30,482 nt of DNA from a virus: the IMG/VR virus record IMGVR_UViG_3300010882_000007. One strand, 5' to 3'. The notes beneath the pieces were generated by a model that worked only from the letters and a program-made list of their open reading frames with translations, was not told the DNA's origin and ran no database searches. A program made the position numbers and the translations under genes. Below, in pieces: positions 23,865 through 30,482 of this stretch (its first letter is position 1; every line of letters starts with the position of its first letter).

Positions 23865-25154
23865 ATGGCAGATTTAGCAGTTTTCAATCAGGACACAATT
23901 CAGGCGTTTATCCCTGAAATTGAATTGTCAATGCGTTCATTGAATATTTTGGACGCTTTCAGCTACACTTCAAGCGAAGTGGAGAACGAAGAGACCAACA
24001 GAGACAAAAGCTATGCAATGTCGAACGTTATCGAGCGTAAAACCTTGCAAAACAACGCGTGGGGCGTTAAAACGGCAGTTCGCGACACCAACACAAATTG
24101 GTCATTCAACGACAGCGCAGTTAACACAGGACAAATCACACCGCACGGTTCTTGTAATTTCGGCGTGGACAGCATTACGAAAGAATGCAGAACACCCGGA
24201 CACAACGGCACAAAGTCATACAAAGAACAGGTGCAGGATTTCCTCGAAATCACAAAGCAAGAGGGACAAAACAGTATCGTTCCTCGCTTGAACTTTGAGT
24301 TTTTCCGCGCGTTAACTCGCGGCGCGTCCGATATGCTTTTCCAACCCGAAAACCTGAAAGCAGGTAATCCGCTTATCGCAGGAACGGCAAACGTTGGGCG
24401 TGCGTGTCTTAACTTCGGTATCGTTAACGGCGACAACGTGAGCATTGTCCCAAAACCTGCTCCGACAACCGTAATCAATGACACCGCTTGGAACACCGCT
24501 GTCGCTTCGGCTGTTTCTGCGGCTACCCCGACCACGCAGATGACATACAATGGTCTTTTGAAAGTTAAAAACGCGGCAGTTAAAAACCGCGTGAAGCAAA
24601 TCAAGGGCAAAAAGTATGTGTATGTGTTGTATTGCTCGCTCGAAACAGCGCAGTCAATTCTCGACACGACGCCGAACTTCCAAACACAGATGTCTCTTGC
24701 TCCCGAAGAAGTATCGCTTCTCGGATGGCACTCTTACATCTTGTCGCAAGTTCTTGTCGTGGGAACTCCGTTGATGGATAGCGTGTATATTTCCGACGGA
24801 ATGGGCGGCGGCTTCTCAGGCTCGACTATCGACTTTGGAAACACAGTTGCAAATATGCGCACGATTGACGTCGAAAGCATTGTTGCACCGACAGCACTTA
24901 AACCTGCAATTCTTTGCGGCGAGGGTGCTGTCCTTGCAGGCGACGACTGGAAAATGCGTATCATCGAAAACGAAAGTATCGCGTATAAAGACATTACGGG
25001 ACGGGCATTTGCCATCACCAACGATGTAGGATACACGAGAAAAGAGTTTGTTATACCGCAACGTTTCAACACGACAAACGGTATTTCGGGCGGAAATCCC
25101 ACATACGCCAATATGTGGAACCAAAACTCGATGGTATTTGCAACAACCGATTAG
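23865..25154 (+). CDS. Putative major capsid protein
   Basis: 429 aa with an AAGGAG RBS. It follows the scaffold-like gene and is followed by the strongest intrinsic terminator in the window. Assigned from size, position and expression signals, not from a diagnostic motif. Confidence 0.6.
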   Translation: MADLAVFNQDTIQAFIPEIELSMRSLNILDAFSYTSSEVENEETNRDKSYAMSNVIERKTLQNNAWGVKTAVRDTNTNWSFNDSAVNTGQITPHGSCNFGVDSITKECRTPGHNGTKSYKEQVQDFLEITKQEGQNSIVPRLNFEFFRALTRGASDMLFQPENLKAGNPLIAGTANVGRACLNFGIVNGDNVSIVPKPAPTTVINDTAWNTAVASAVSAATPTTQMTYNGLLKVKNAAVKNRVKQIKGKKYVYVLYCSLETAQSILDTTPNFQTQMSLAPEEVSLLGWHSYILSQVLVVGTPLMDSVYISDGMGGGFSGSTIDFGNTVANMRTIDVESIVAPTALKPAILCGEGAVLAGDDWKMRIIENESIAYKDITGRAFAITNDVGYTRKEFVIPQRFNTTNGISGGNPTYANMWNQNSMVFATTD

Positions 25155-25185
25155 TCGTAATAATTGCGAAAATGTATTGACGGGA

Positions 25186-25217
25186 GGGGAGGGGCTTAAA
25201 TCCCTCCCCATTTTTTT
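25186..25217 (+). terminator. Rho-independent terminator after the capsid gene
   Basis: GGGGAGGG (25186..25193), 8-nt loop, CCCTCCCC (25202..25209), then A + TTTTTTT. Confidence 0.8.
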
Positions 25218-25243
25218 AAACAAAAGAAGAAAGGATTTTAATT

Positions 25244-26278
25244 ATGTCAGTATCAAGAATTTTACAAGTTTACACAGCACCACCGAGCGGAGCTTTGTAT
25301 ATATCGACGTTAAGTATTACGTCGGATTATAACGGGAATATGTGGTCAGGTGCTACTATTATGGGACCAACACCGAAACAGTCTTTCTCATCAGCTCCCG
25401 ATGTTTATGAAACCTACGAAAACATCACATACGTGGGCAAAATAGTAGATGAGGAGGGCAATGAGTTTAAGTTTTTAATAAATTCCGACAATCCGAACGG
25501 CAAGACAATATCGGTAGGGGAATTCAATGTTCGCATTCAGGGACAAAGTCTTTCTTATCAATATAAGAAATTCAGATTTGGCGCTTCGTCAACGCTGGCA
25601 GTTTATCGTTGTTATGGACGACGGACAATCGACGCTACGGCGGCTCAACCACAAATATCATCAGCTATTGACGGTATCAGCGGGAGCGTCGGGTCAATGC
25701 TTAACACGGCAAACCTAACTATCGGCGGAAATATTACGATATACGGGGTTAATTTTTCACTTTTAGGCGGCATAACAAACGTTGTTTTTGTTGCGCAGGA
25801 CGGCACAGAGTATCAAGGCTATGGCGTATCGGGAATGACAAATATGTTGTTTGCGAATATTCCCGAAAATCTGCCGTTAGCTCAATCGTTCAACATTAAA
25901 ATCGTCGGCACTTTAGCGCAGGTAGTCAGCACGTTCAAAATGGTATCTACAGGAACAGCGACAATCCGCATAGACAGCACGCTCGACGACACAACGGGGA
26001 CATCAAGCACACGTAGCCCGTTAAGCAATAGCGGACGTGCGACACGTGGCGGCAATTTGTCTATTTTGGGCGCGGGTTTTATGCCGGGTGCTACTAATCC
26101 GACGGTATGGATAGGTGGACTTTTGGCAACAGTTAATCCTATCAGCGGGACACCGAACGATAACGAGATTATTGTAAATGTGCCGAACGGGCTTACTGTG
26201 GGAAATACTGCGGCTATTGAGATACAGACCAGCGCGGGAAGACGAAATAAGTCTGCATTTACGGTTATTGTAGCATAA
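25244..26278 (+). CDS. Protein with two IPT/TIG-like Ig domains (capsid decoration or head-fibre candidate)
   Basis: Two modules match the IPT/TIG pattern: GGNITIYGVNFSLLGGITNVVFV...FANIPENL...FNIKIVG and GGNLSILGAGFMPGATNPTVWIGGLLATVNPISGTPNDNEIIVNVPNGLTVGNTAAIEIQT. Confidence 0.6.
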   Translation: MSVSRILQVYTAPPSGALYISTLSITSDYNGNMWSGATIMGPTPKQSFSSAPDVYETYENITYVGKIVDEEGNEFKFLINSDNPNGKTISVGEFNVRIQGQSLSYQYKKFRFGASSTLAVYRCYGRRTIDATAAQPQISSAIDGISGSVGSMLNTANLTIGGNITIYGVNFSLLGGITNVVFVAQDGTEYQGYGVSGMTNMLFANIPENLPLAQSFNIKIVGTLAQVVSTFKMVSTGTATIRIDSTLDDTTGTSSTRSPLSNSGRATRGGNLSILGAGFMPGATNPTVWIGGLLATVNPISGTPNDNEIIVNVPNGLTVGNTAAIEIQTSAGRRNKSAFTVIVA

Positions 26279-26357
26279 AAAAAAGCAGGGGACGGGAAGA
26301 AAAGGTAAAATTATGTTTGTTGAAAACATTACAAACTGTGAACTCTCCCGCCCCCTG
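26277..26357 (-). terminator. Compound hairpin between convergent genes; likely terminator of the leftward operon
   Basis: The outer stem pairs 26286..26297 with 26346..26357 (11 bp plus 1 mismatch, GC-rich). The inner stem is gtttgt/acaaac (26315..26320, 26331..26336). On the minus strand it is followed by T8 (26277..26284). Confidence 0.45.
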
Positions 26358-26379
26358 TGTTGGCATATAGCCCTACCAT

Positions 26380-27102
26380 CTACACATCTACACAAGGCTT
26401 TGCGCGCATTCGCCTCTTGTAGTTCCGCTGATACTCATTGTATCGTTGCTTCTCCTCGCCCTCTTTTTTCGGAGGAGGAATTTTTAACCCGAGCCGTTTT
26501 CGCTCAGATAGTATATATTCTCTTATATTTTTGCAATTTGTCAATTTCACTTTTTCGTAAATTCCTGTTTTTTTTAATCTTTTTTTTAATTTTTCCTTTT
26601 TTATCCCCAAATTATTTGCAACCTTGGTAATGCTCGGTAGGTATTCTAATACGAATGTATCTTCGTATGCTTCAAATTTTATCTCCTCGGGCTCCATTGC
26701 AACATCGTAATTTTTCTCATCTTCCGCGCCCATCAAATGTCCGATACGATAAAAATCATTATCACACATCTTTCTGCCTTTTCCTCCTGCGTCGCGGATG
26801 TTTTTTTCCCAGTATCGGATTACGAGAAAAAATAGATTTCGACTGAAAAATGCAAAAAAAACTTTATGCCGTATGTCGTAATCTTCAATACTTTTAATGC
26901 AACATTCCTGAGCAATACTATAAAACTCATCAAATTCAAAAACTAACTTCCATCTTTCATACTTGCTTACGATGGGAGCTTTGAGCAATTCAAGTAGTCG
27001 AGTAAGCTTCTCGTTTGAAAGTTCATTTTTTAACTCTCGAACGAGAAGCTCCGCCTCGGCGTGCTGTTGTTTCGATTTTGACAGTTTCACAATCCAATCC
27101 AA
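26380..27102 (-). CDS. Putative sigma-70-like or HTH transcription regulator
   Basis: The segment VSKYERWKLVFEFDEFYSIAQECCIKSIEDYDIRHKVFFAFFSRNLFFLVIRYWEKNIR resembles sigma region 2 spacing. LPSITKVANNLGIKKEKLKKRLKK looks like a region-4-type HTH. TTG start immediately after the upstream stop. Weak, from memory only. Confidence 0.35.
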   Translation of the reverse strand: MDWIVKLSKSKQQHAEAELLVRELKNELSNEKLTRLLELLKAPIVSKYERWKLVFEFDEFYSIAQECCIKSIEDYDIRHKVFFAFFSRNLFFLVIRYWEKNIRDAGGKGRKMCDNDFYRIGHLMGAEDEKNYDVAMEPEEIKFEAYEDTFVLEYLPSITKVANNLGIKKEKLKKRLKKTGIYEKVKLTNCKNIREYILSERKRLGLKIPPPKKEGEEKQRYNEYQRNYKRRMRAKPCVDV

Positions 27103-27291
27103 TCAATACGAAAACGTTATTTTAATCCGCTTTGTTTTGCCGTTAATTGCGATAATGTCCTTGTCGAACTTCTGCATTCCGCAAACTCTCATTTTCTTCG
27201 TCAAAGTGTCTAAACTCGCCATTAAATCACTGATATTTTCTCCCGATGGAAAATATGGTGAGTTCTCCTCTACTTTTTTTACTTTCTGCAT
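27103..27291 (-). CDS. Small hypothetical protein
   Basis: The track gives 27103..27300 (GTG). The ATG at 27291 (MQKVKKVEEN...) has GGGAG 8 nt upstream and is the more likely start. Confidence 0.6.
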   Translation of the reverse strand: MQKVKKVEENSPYFPSGENISDLMASLDTLTKKMRVCGMQKFDKDIIAINGKTKRIKITFSY

Positions 27292-27374
27292 ATTTCGCAC
27301 TCCCTTTTTGAATTTACGCTTGCTATCGCAAACACCAATGTTATTACTATTCCCACAATTAAAATAAATGGCAT
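27279..27374 (-). CDS. Possible 31-aa single-TM peptide (MPFILIVGIVITLVFAIASVNSKRECEICRK)
   Basis: AAGGAGG 7 nt upstream of the ATG at 27374. Hydrophobic helix. Could be a holin or spanin-like accessory given the nearby endolysin. Very short. Confidence 0.3.
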   Translation of the reverse strand: MPFILIVGIVITLVFAIASVNSKRECEICRK

Positions 27375-27502
27375 ATTTTTGCCTCCTTAATAAGTTTACC
27401 CGCTCTAATTGCGTTGTCGATTTTAACCTGCTCGGTTATCCAAGATTTCCACTCGCTCACTTTTCCTGAAAACTTGCAGGAACGTTGATTTTGTTTTTCC
27501 AT
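27359..27502 (-). CDS. Possible 47-aa protein (MEKQNQRSCKFSGKVSEWKSWITEQVKIDNAIRAGKLIKEAKICHLF)
   Basis: AAGGAG/GAGGAG upstream of the ATG at 27502. Fills an otherwise empty 290-nt gap in the operon. Confidence 0.4.
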   Translation of the reverse strand: MEKQNQRSCKFSGKVSEWKSWITEQVKIDNAIRAGKLIKEAKICHLF

Positions 27503-27594
27503 ACTCCTCACTCCTTTTATTATTTGATAGGGGAAGGGTTATCGTGTTGGCACTATTACGAACCGAACTAACCCGCTTTCCCCCTATCTGTTTT

Positions 27595-28020
27595 TCAATA
27601 CAACCAAATTACATTTGACGGGTTTCTTGCTCCCGCGTTTTCTCTCGTTCCTATTCCCAAATGGACAAAGCCGTTGCCTATTCCTATTCGAGTAAATCCC
27701 TCTCGCTGTGCCGCGTCGATAATTCTCCAGCGTTGGGCGTTGTCTGTCGTGCGAATATCCGCGCCAAGCACTAACTGAGAAGCAGTAAATGTGTGGTCGC
27801 TTGCAAGTGTATTGCTTGCCGTAGATACTTGTGCCGCGTGTTTTTGACATCTGCCGCCAGAATTCACGGAAAAGGGGATACCTGCGCGCGTTCTTGCTCT
27901 TTGGAGCATATTCATAAGCACAAGAGATACTCTTTCTCCGCCTGCTCCACAGCCACATCGGCAGTTAAATTCTGTTGCGTTGAAGTTGGCGTAATTGTTC
28001 CAGTTGATTACTCGTTGCAA
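27595..28020 (-). CDS. Peptidase M15-type (D-Ala-D-Ala carboxypeptidase-like/DUF882-like) cell-wall hydrolase; putative endolysin
   Basis: FNATEFNCRCGCG..., NSGGRC..H, SDH, LGADIR and GNGFVHLG match, from memory, the zinc-peptidase M15A/Peptidase_M15_3 layout. The track ORF extends to 28116 but overlaps the upstream gene by 94 nt. An in-frame TTG at 28020 follows GGGAGGTG and the upstream stop, so it is the preferred start. Confidence 0.65.
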   Translation of the reverse strand: MQRVINWNNYANFNATEFNCRCGCGAGGERVSLVLMNMLQRARTRAGIPFSVNSGGRCQKHAAQVSTASNTLASDHTFTASQLVLGADIRTTDNAQRWRIIDAAQREGFTRIGIGNGFVHLGIGTRENAGARNPSNVIWLY

Positions 28021-28022
28021 AA

Positions 28023-28760
28023 TTACACCTCCCACGGAAATTGTTGTATTAGTTCGTCGCCCCAAATCGGCTTTAGGGAGTTCTTCATAAATAAAGGCAC
28101 CTTGTCTTTTGCGCACGCTTCTTTAATATCTTCAAGCCATTCGCGCTTAACCTCTACTTTGTTTTTCCTGTTTCCTGTCTCTGCGCCAACTATCACCCAA
28201 TTGTTTTTTATCTGAGTGTCAATTCCTAAACGTTCTTGTATTGGTTCGATACTAAGAAATGTGTTATATTCGTCCGAGCAAAATATATCATCGTCGCGCT
28301 TATTTAACGATGTGCCATACCAATGCTCTTTTGGCAATATCCCCGCATAATTCAAAGCTTCATATCGGCGCGGATTTTTCGTTAAAAACAAATACCGATG
28401 TTGCGGAGCTTTGGCGCACGCCGCGAATACTTCCTCAATCCATTCATCAGGCACCCAATCACCGAAAAGGTCTGCCATTGAACATACGAATATGTTTTGC
28501 GGCTTTCTAACGGCTTGCGGCTCGTCAAGGCGGTAGCGGTGGAATGTTGGACTAAATCCGTATGGATATGGAACATTAACACTACCGCGAAAACTGCTTG
28601 CCGTTTCGGGATAATCCAAACAATGACAATTTTTATCATCACGTTCTTTTACGCCAAACCGCCGAGTAATTCCGCGAGCATAGCAATACGGGCAACCGTG
28701 CAAACATCCTGTGATAGGATTCCACGTGTAATCGCACCATTCGATTTTACTTTTGTTCAT
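28023..28760 (-). CDS. DUF5131 / phage Gp37-Gp68 family protein with a CX3CX2C motif
   Basis: The N-terminus KIEWCDYTWNPITGCLHGCPYCYARG matches the family signature IEW.d.tWNp..GC....C..CYA. AAGGAGG RBS; 245 aa. Confidence 0.75.
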   Translation of the reverse strand: MNKSKIEWCDYTWNPITGCLHGCPYCYARGITRRFGVKERDDKNCHCLDYPETASSFRGSVNVPYPYGFSPTFHRYRLDEPQAVRKPQNIFVCSMADLFGDWVPDEWIEEVFAACAKAPQHRYLFLTKNPRRYEALNYAGILPKEHWYGTSLNKRDDDIFCSDEYNTFLSIEPIQERLGIDTQIKNNWVIVGAETGNRKNKVEVKREWLEDIKEACAKDKVPLFMKNSLKPIWGDELIQQFPWEV

Positions 28761-28957
28761 ATTTCCTCCTTTGTTTTGCTTTTATAGTAATTCCTCACAA
28801 CATTGTAAGCAAATGCTATGGGAATTAAAACTATACCAAGAATTGCTATAATAATCATACTTTGTAATTCGATATAAGCACGAGGTATATTCTTAATTAC
28901 ATCGAAATATATATCTCTATAATGATACAACAGTTCTTTAGCGGTCATTTCAATCAT
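28757..28957 (-). CDS. Small single-TM membrane protein (holin candidate)
   Basis: GGAGGAG 3 nt upstream of the ATG at 28957 (MIEMTAKELL...). TM helix MIIIAILGIVLIPIAFAY with a charged C-terminus. ATGA overlaps with both neighbouring genes. Confidence 0.6.
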   Translation of the reverse strand: MIEMTAKELLYHYRDIYFDVIKNIPRAYIELQSMIIIAILGIVLIPIAFAYNVVRNYYKSKTKEEI

Positions 28958-29154
28958 AAACTCCTCCAATGATGACATTCATTGTAATCGTCGGAGGAGT
29001 AAAAATGACGACACGTCCTTTCATTTCTGTCGTAAGAGTCGTAAGTAAAGCAATCACAGGCACTCTTATCCTCGTCTTCGTCAAAGGTGCATTTTGGATT
29101 TGCATTTTCCGCAATAAAAGACGATACACCCGCAGAAAACCAACAAACATTCAT
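28954..29154 (-). CDS. Small Cys/His-rich acidic protein (66 aa)
   Basis: AAGGAGG 5 nt upstream of the ATG at 29154, so this frame is preferred over the overlapping 28950..29150 frame. Sequence: MNVCWFSAGVSSFIAENANPKCTFDEDEDKSACDC...CRHF...ECHHW. Confidence 0.6.
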   Translation of the reverse strand: MNVCWFSAGVSSFIAENANPKCTFDEDEDKSACDCFTYDSYDRNERTCRHFYSSDDYNECHHWRSL

Positions 29155-29163
29155 ATTTCCTCC

Positions 29164-29919
29164 TTAAAATTTCGGATATTCTACAAGTCTTACGCCCGAT
29201 ACTTCTTTTCCGCTTACAACAAAAGATACTTTCGCGTTTTTCACGTATTTGTCAAGTTCGTCTTTTCTTATGTCTTCGCCGACTTTTTCAAATTCTTTTC
29301 TGAAATGTGGTATTTGTTTGGCAAATACATTTTTCCAGTAAACATTTTTGCTTTCGTCCTCTAACAACATACAGAGATAATTGTCGCCGTTTTTATCTTG
29401 CTTGATAGATACGTTTTTTACAAAGCCGTTTTTATTTCCGTCATTGCAAGAGGGGAGAGGTGTATGTTCCTCCTGTTCGTAATATGCGGGGGGCTCATCG
29501 TAATGATTGTTATTGCTCGATTTAGAATTATCCTCTTTTTTATGGCTTTCTTGACTGTCAACAACGTCATTGTCAACAATATCAAAAGCCATCATATACA
29601 AATATCTGCGCAAGTATGTAATTGCGCCGCCGAGTTGCTGAATTGCCACAGCACCTTTGATGTCGGCATTGACAAACGGACAAGAAAAATTCGCGTGGAT
29701 TTCGACGTTTTCGCTGTCATATATGTCTAAAACCGCAATATTTCCCTCAATGAAAAAGTTTGTGCAAATACCGTGCTTGTCGCACAGTTCCACAACTTTT
29801 GGTAAAAAATCCGACAACTCGAAATAATCAAAGTTTGCAAATTTGTTTTTACCGCTTTTCTTTAAATCTGTTTTTGCAAGTTCTGCCTTTACCGCAGATA
29901 ATTTTTTATAAACGCTCAT
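29164..29919 (-). CDS. erf: ERF-family single-strand annealing protein
   Basis: The N-terminal half (VYKKLSAVKAELAKTDLKKSGKNKFANFDYFELSDFL...IKGAVAIQQLGGAITYLRRYLYMMAFDI) matches the ERF signature, including the G.a.TY.RRY motif. AAGGAG RBS. Confidence 0.8.
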   Translation of the reverse strand: MSVYKKLSAVKAELAKTDLKKSGKNKFANFDYFELSDFLPKVVELCDKHGICTNFFIEGNIAVLDIYDSENVEIHANFSCPFVNADIKGAVAIQQLGGAITYLRRYLYMMAFDIVDNDVVDSQESHKKEDNSKSSNNNHYDEPPAYYEQEEHTPLPSCNDGNKNGFVKNVSIKQDKNGDNYLCMLLEDESKNVYWKNVFAKQIPHFRKEFEKVGEDIRKDELDKYVKNAKVSFVVSGKEVSGVRLVEYPKF

Positions 29920-30482
29920 TGTTTTTCTCCTTTTGTAAAAAACTTTATAAAATCACTGTTTCCGTAATTTCTATCAGTCAGTTTTATTACTTCTTTTATC
30001 GAATACTCTTTTTTGAGTTTGCCATTGCTTTCACAGAAATGTCTAACGCCGCCGTCGCAGGCTCCTGTTATCACTCGGTAGCATTCTATCATATCTTTTA
30101 AGGACAATACGCTTTCTGTTGTCAAAGATTTGTATTCTGACACATCGCGGATTGATATTTTGTAGAGGAAACTTTTTTTTGCTTCTTTTAAAGTTTTTCC
30201 GTGAGAGTAAACCCCATCTTTCTCTACTACATACGAATTTTCTTTTCTCCCTAAAATATTTCCGTAATAAACTCCGCCTCTTTTTCTTTCTACGAAAAAA
30301 CAAATATTATAAGCATATAATATTTTGCCATACAATCCTGCGATTACTTCTGTGTAGCGTAAATCCAAAGTTTTCAAGTTAGTCAATCCACTCAACGCTG
30401 AAATATCAATTACTTCTGTGTAGGATAAATCCAAAGTTTTCAAGTTAGTCAATCCACTCAACGCTGAAATATCAATTACTTC
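29916..30482 (-). CDS. Leucine-rich-repeat protein, C-terminal part (LRR units plus a roughly 140-aa non-repeat domain)
   Basis: The frame is open to the window edge; the M at 30461 in the ORF track is internal. ATGA overlap with the erf start. The C-terminal domain (...YSHGKTLKEAKKSFLYKI...CYRVITGACDGGVRHFCESNG...) was not recognised. Confidence 0.8.
   Translation of the reverse strand, partial: EVIDISALSGLTNLKTLDLSYTEVIDISALSGLTNLKTLDLRYTEVIAGLYGKILYAYNICFFVERKRGGVYYGNILGRKENSYVVEKDGVYSHGKTLKEAKKSFLYKISIRDVSEYKSLTTESVLSLKDMIECYRVITGACDGGVRHFCESNGKLKKEYSIKEVIKLTDRNYGNSDFIKFFTKGEKQ
30367..30482. repeat. Terminal overlap: identical to 1..116
   Basis: Base-for-base identity of the last 116 nt with the first 116 nt (one 66-bp LRR unit plus 50 nt of the next). 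Confidence 0.95.

Noticed and set aside
24011-24667. Long antisense or alternative-frame ORFs in the track. Examples: 24011..24667 (-) in the capsid gene, 10707..11243 (-), 21148..21672 (+), 12378..12791 (+, Arg-rich), 23098..23547 (-), 5456..5863 (-).
   Set aside because: Each lies entirely within a longer ORF that has an RBS and operon context. They lack RBSs and have skewed, low-complexity or Cys/Arg-rich composition typical of shadow frames.
28950-29150. Alternative 66-aa frame overlapping 28954..29154.
   Set aside because: No RBS, whereas the 29154 start has AAGGAGG at ideal spacing and an ATGA junction with the next gene.
28954-29154. The N-terminus MNVCWFSAGVSSFIA resembles the SGGxDS P-loop start of PAPS-reductase/ATP-pyrophosphatase-type phage enzymes, raising the idea of a truncated pseudogene.
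   Set aside because: Only about 12 residues are loosely similar (SAGVSS versus SGGxDS). The ORF is just 66 aa, has its own strong RBS and is tightly coupled to its neighbours. That is too little evidence to call a domain or a pseudogene.

Overview
This window is essentially one complete, densely coded tailed-phage genome of about 45 ORFs. It uses the standard code and strong AGGAGG-type ribosome-binding sites. Bases 1..116 are identical to 30367..30482, so the contig closes into a 30,366-bp circle (or a terminally redundant molecule). A leucine-rich-repeat (LRR) gene runs across that junction in frame.

Layout:
- Rightward block 2323..17935: possible small terminase, large terminase, GLUG-repeat adhesin/fibre, beta-helix-like protein, 916-aa protein, putative portal, and a run of Q/R/E-rich proteins.
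- Leftward island 17932..19574: small secreted or membrane proteins.
- Two tiny rightward membrane proteins, 19930..20281.
- Leftward 469-aa protein and KTSC-domain protein, 20286..22567.
- Rightward head block 22652..26278: scaffold-like protein, major capsid protein, IPT/TIG protein.
- A long leftward early/lysis operon that starts at the HTH gene (2263), crosses the junction and ends at 26380. It encodes an HTH regulator, a Cys-rich protein, a zinc-ribbon/Gp157-like protein, the LRR protein, an ERF annealase, a DUF5131 (Gp37/Gp68) protein with a CX3CX2C motif, an M15-type peptidase and a sigma-like regulator.

I found no tRNA, rRNA, CRISPR array, integrase, DNA polymerase, primase/helicase or tape-measure gene.

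The most interesting non-genic signals are:
- A roughly 26-nt motif, TTGTAAATATTTGTAGGAGGTATAA, copied in front of at least 7 genes on both strands, plus one orphan copy with no gene behind it.
- A 590-bp noncoding control region with phased 11-bp iterons and palindromes.
- A 652-bp two-gene cassette bracketed by perfect 42-bp direct repeats.
- Near-identical 66-bp tandem repeats inside the LRR gene.
- Long-range inverted repeats in two intergenic regions.

All family assignments come from motif recognition by eye. No database search was run.
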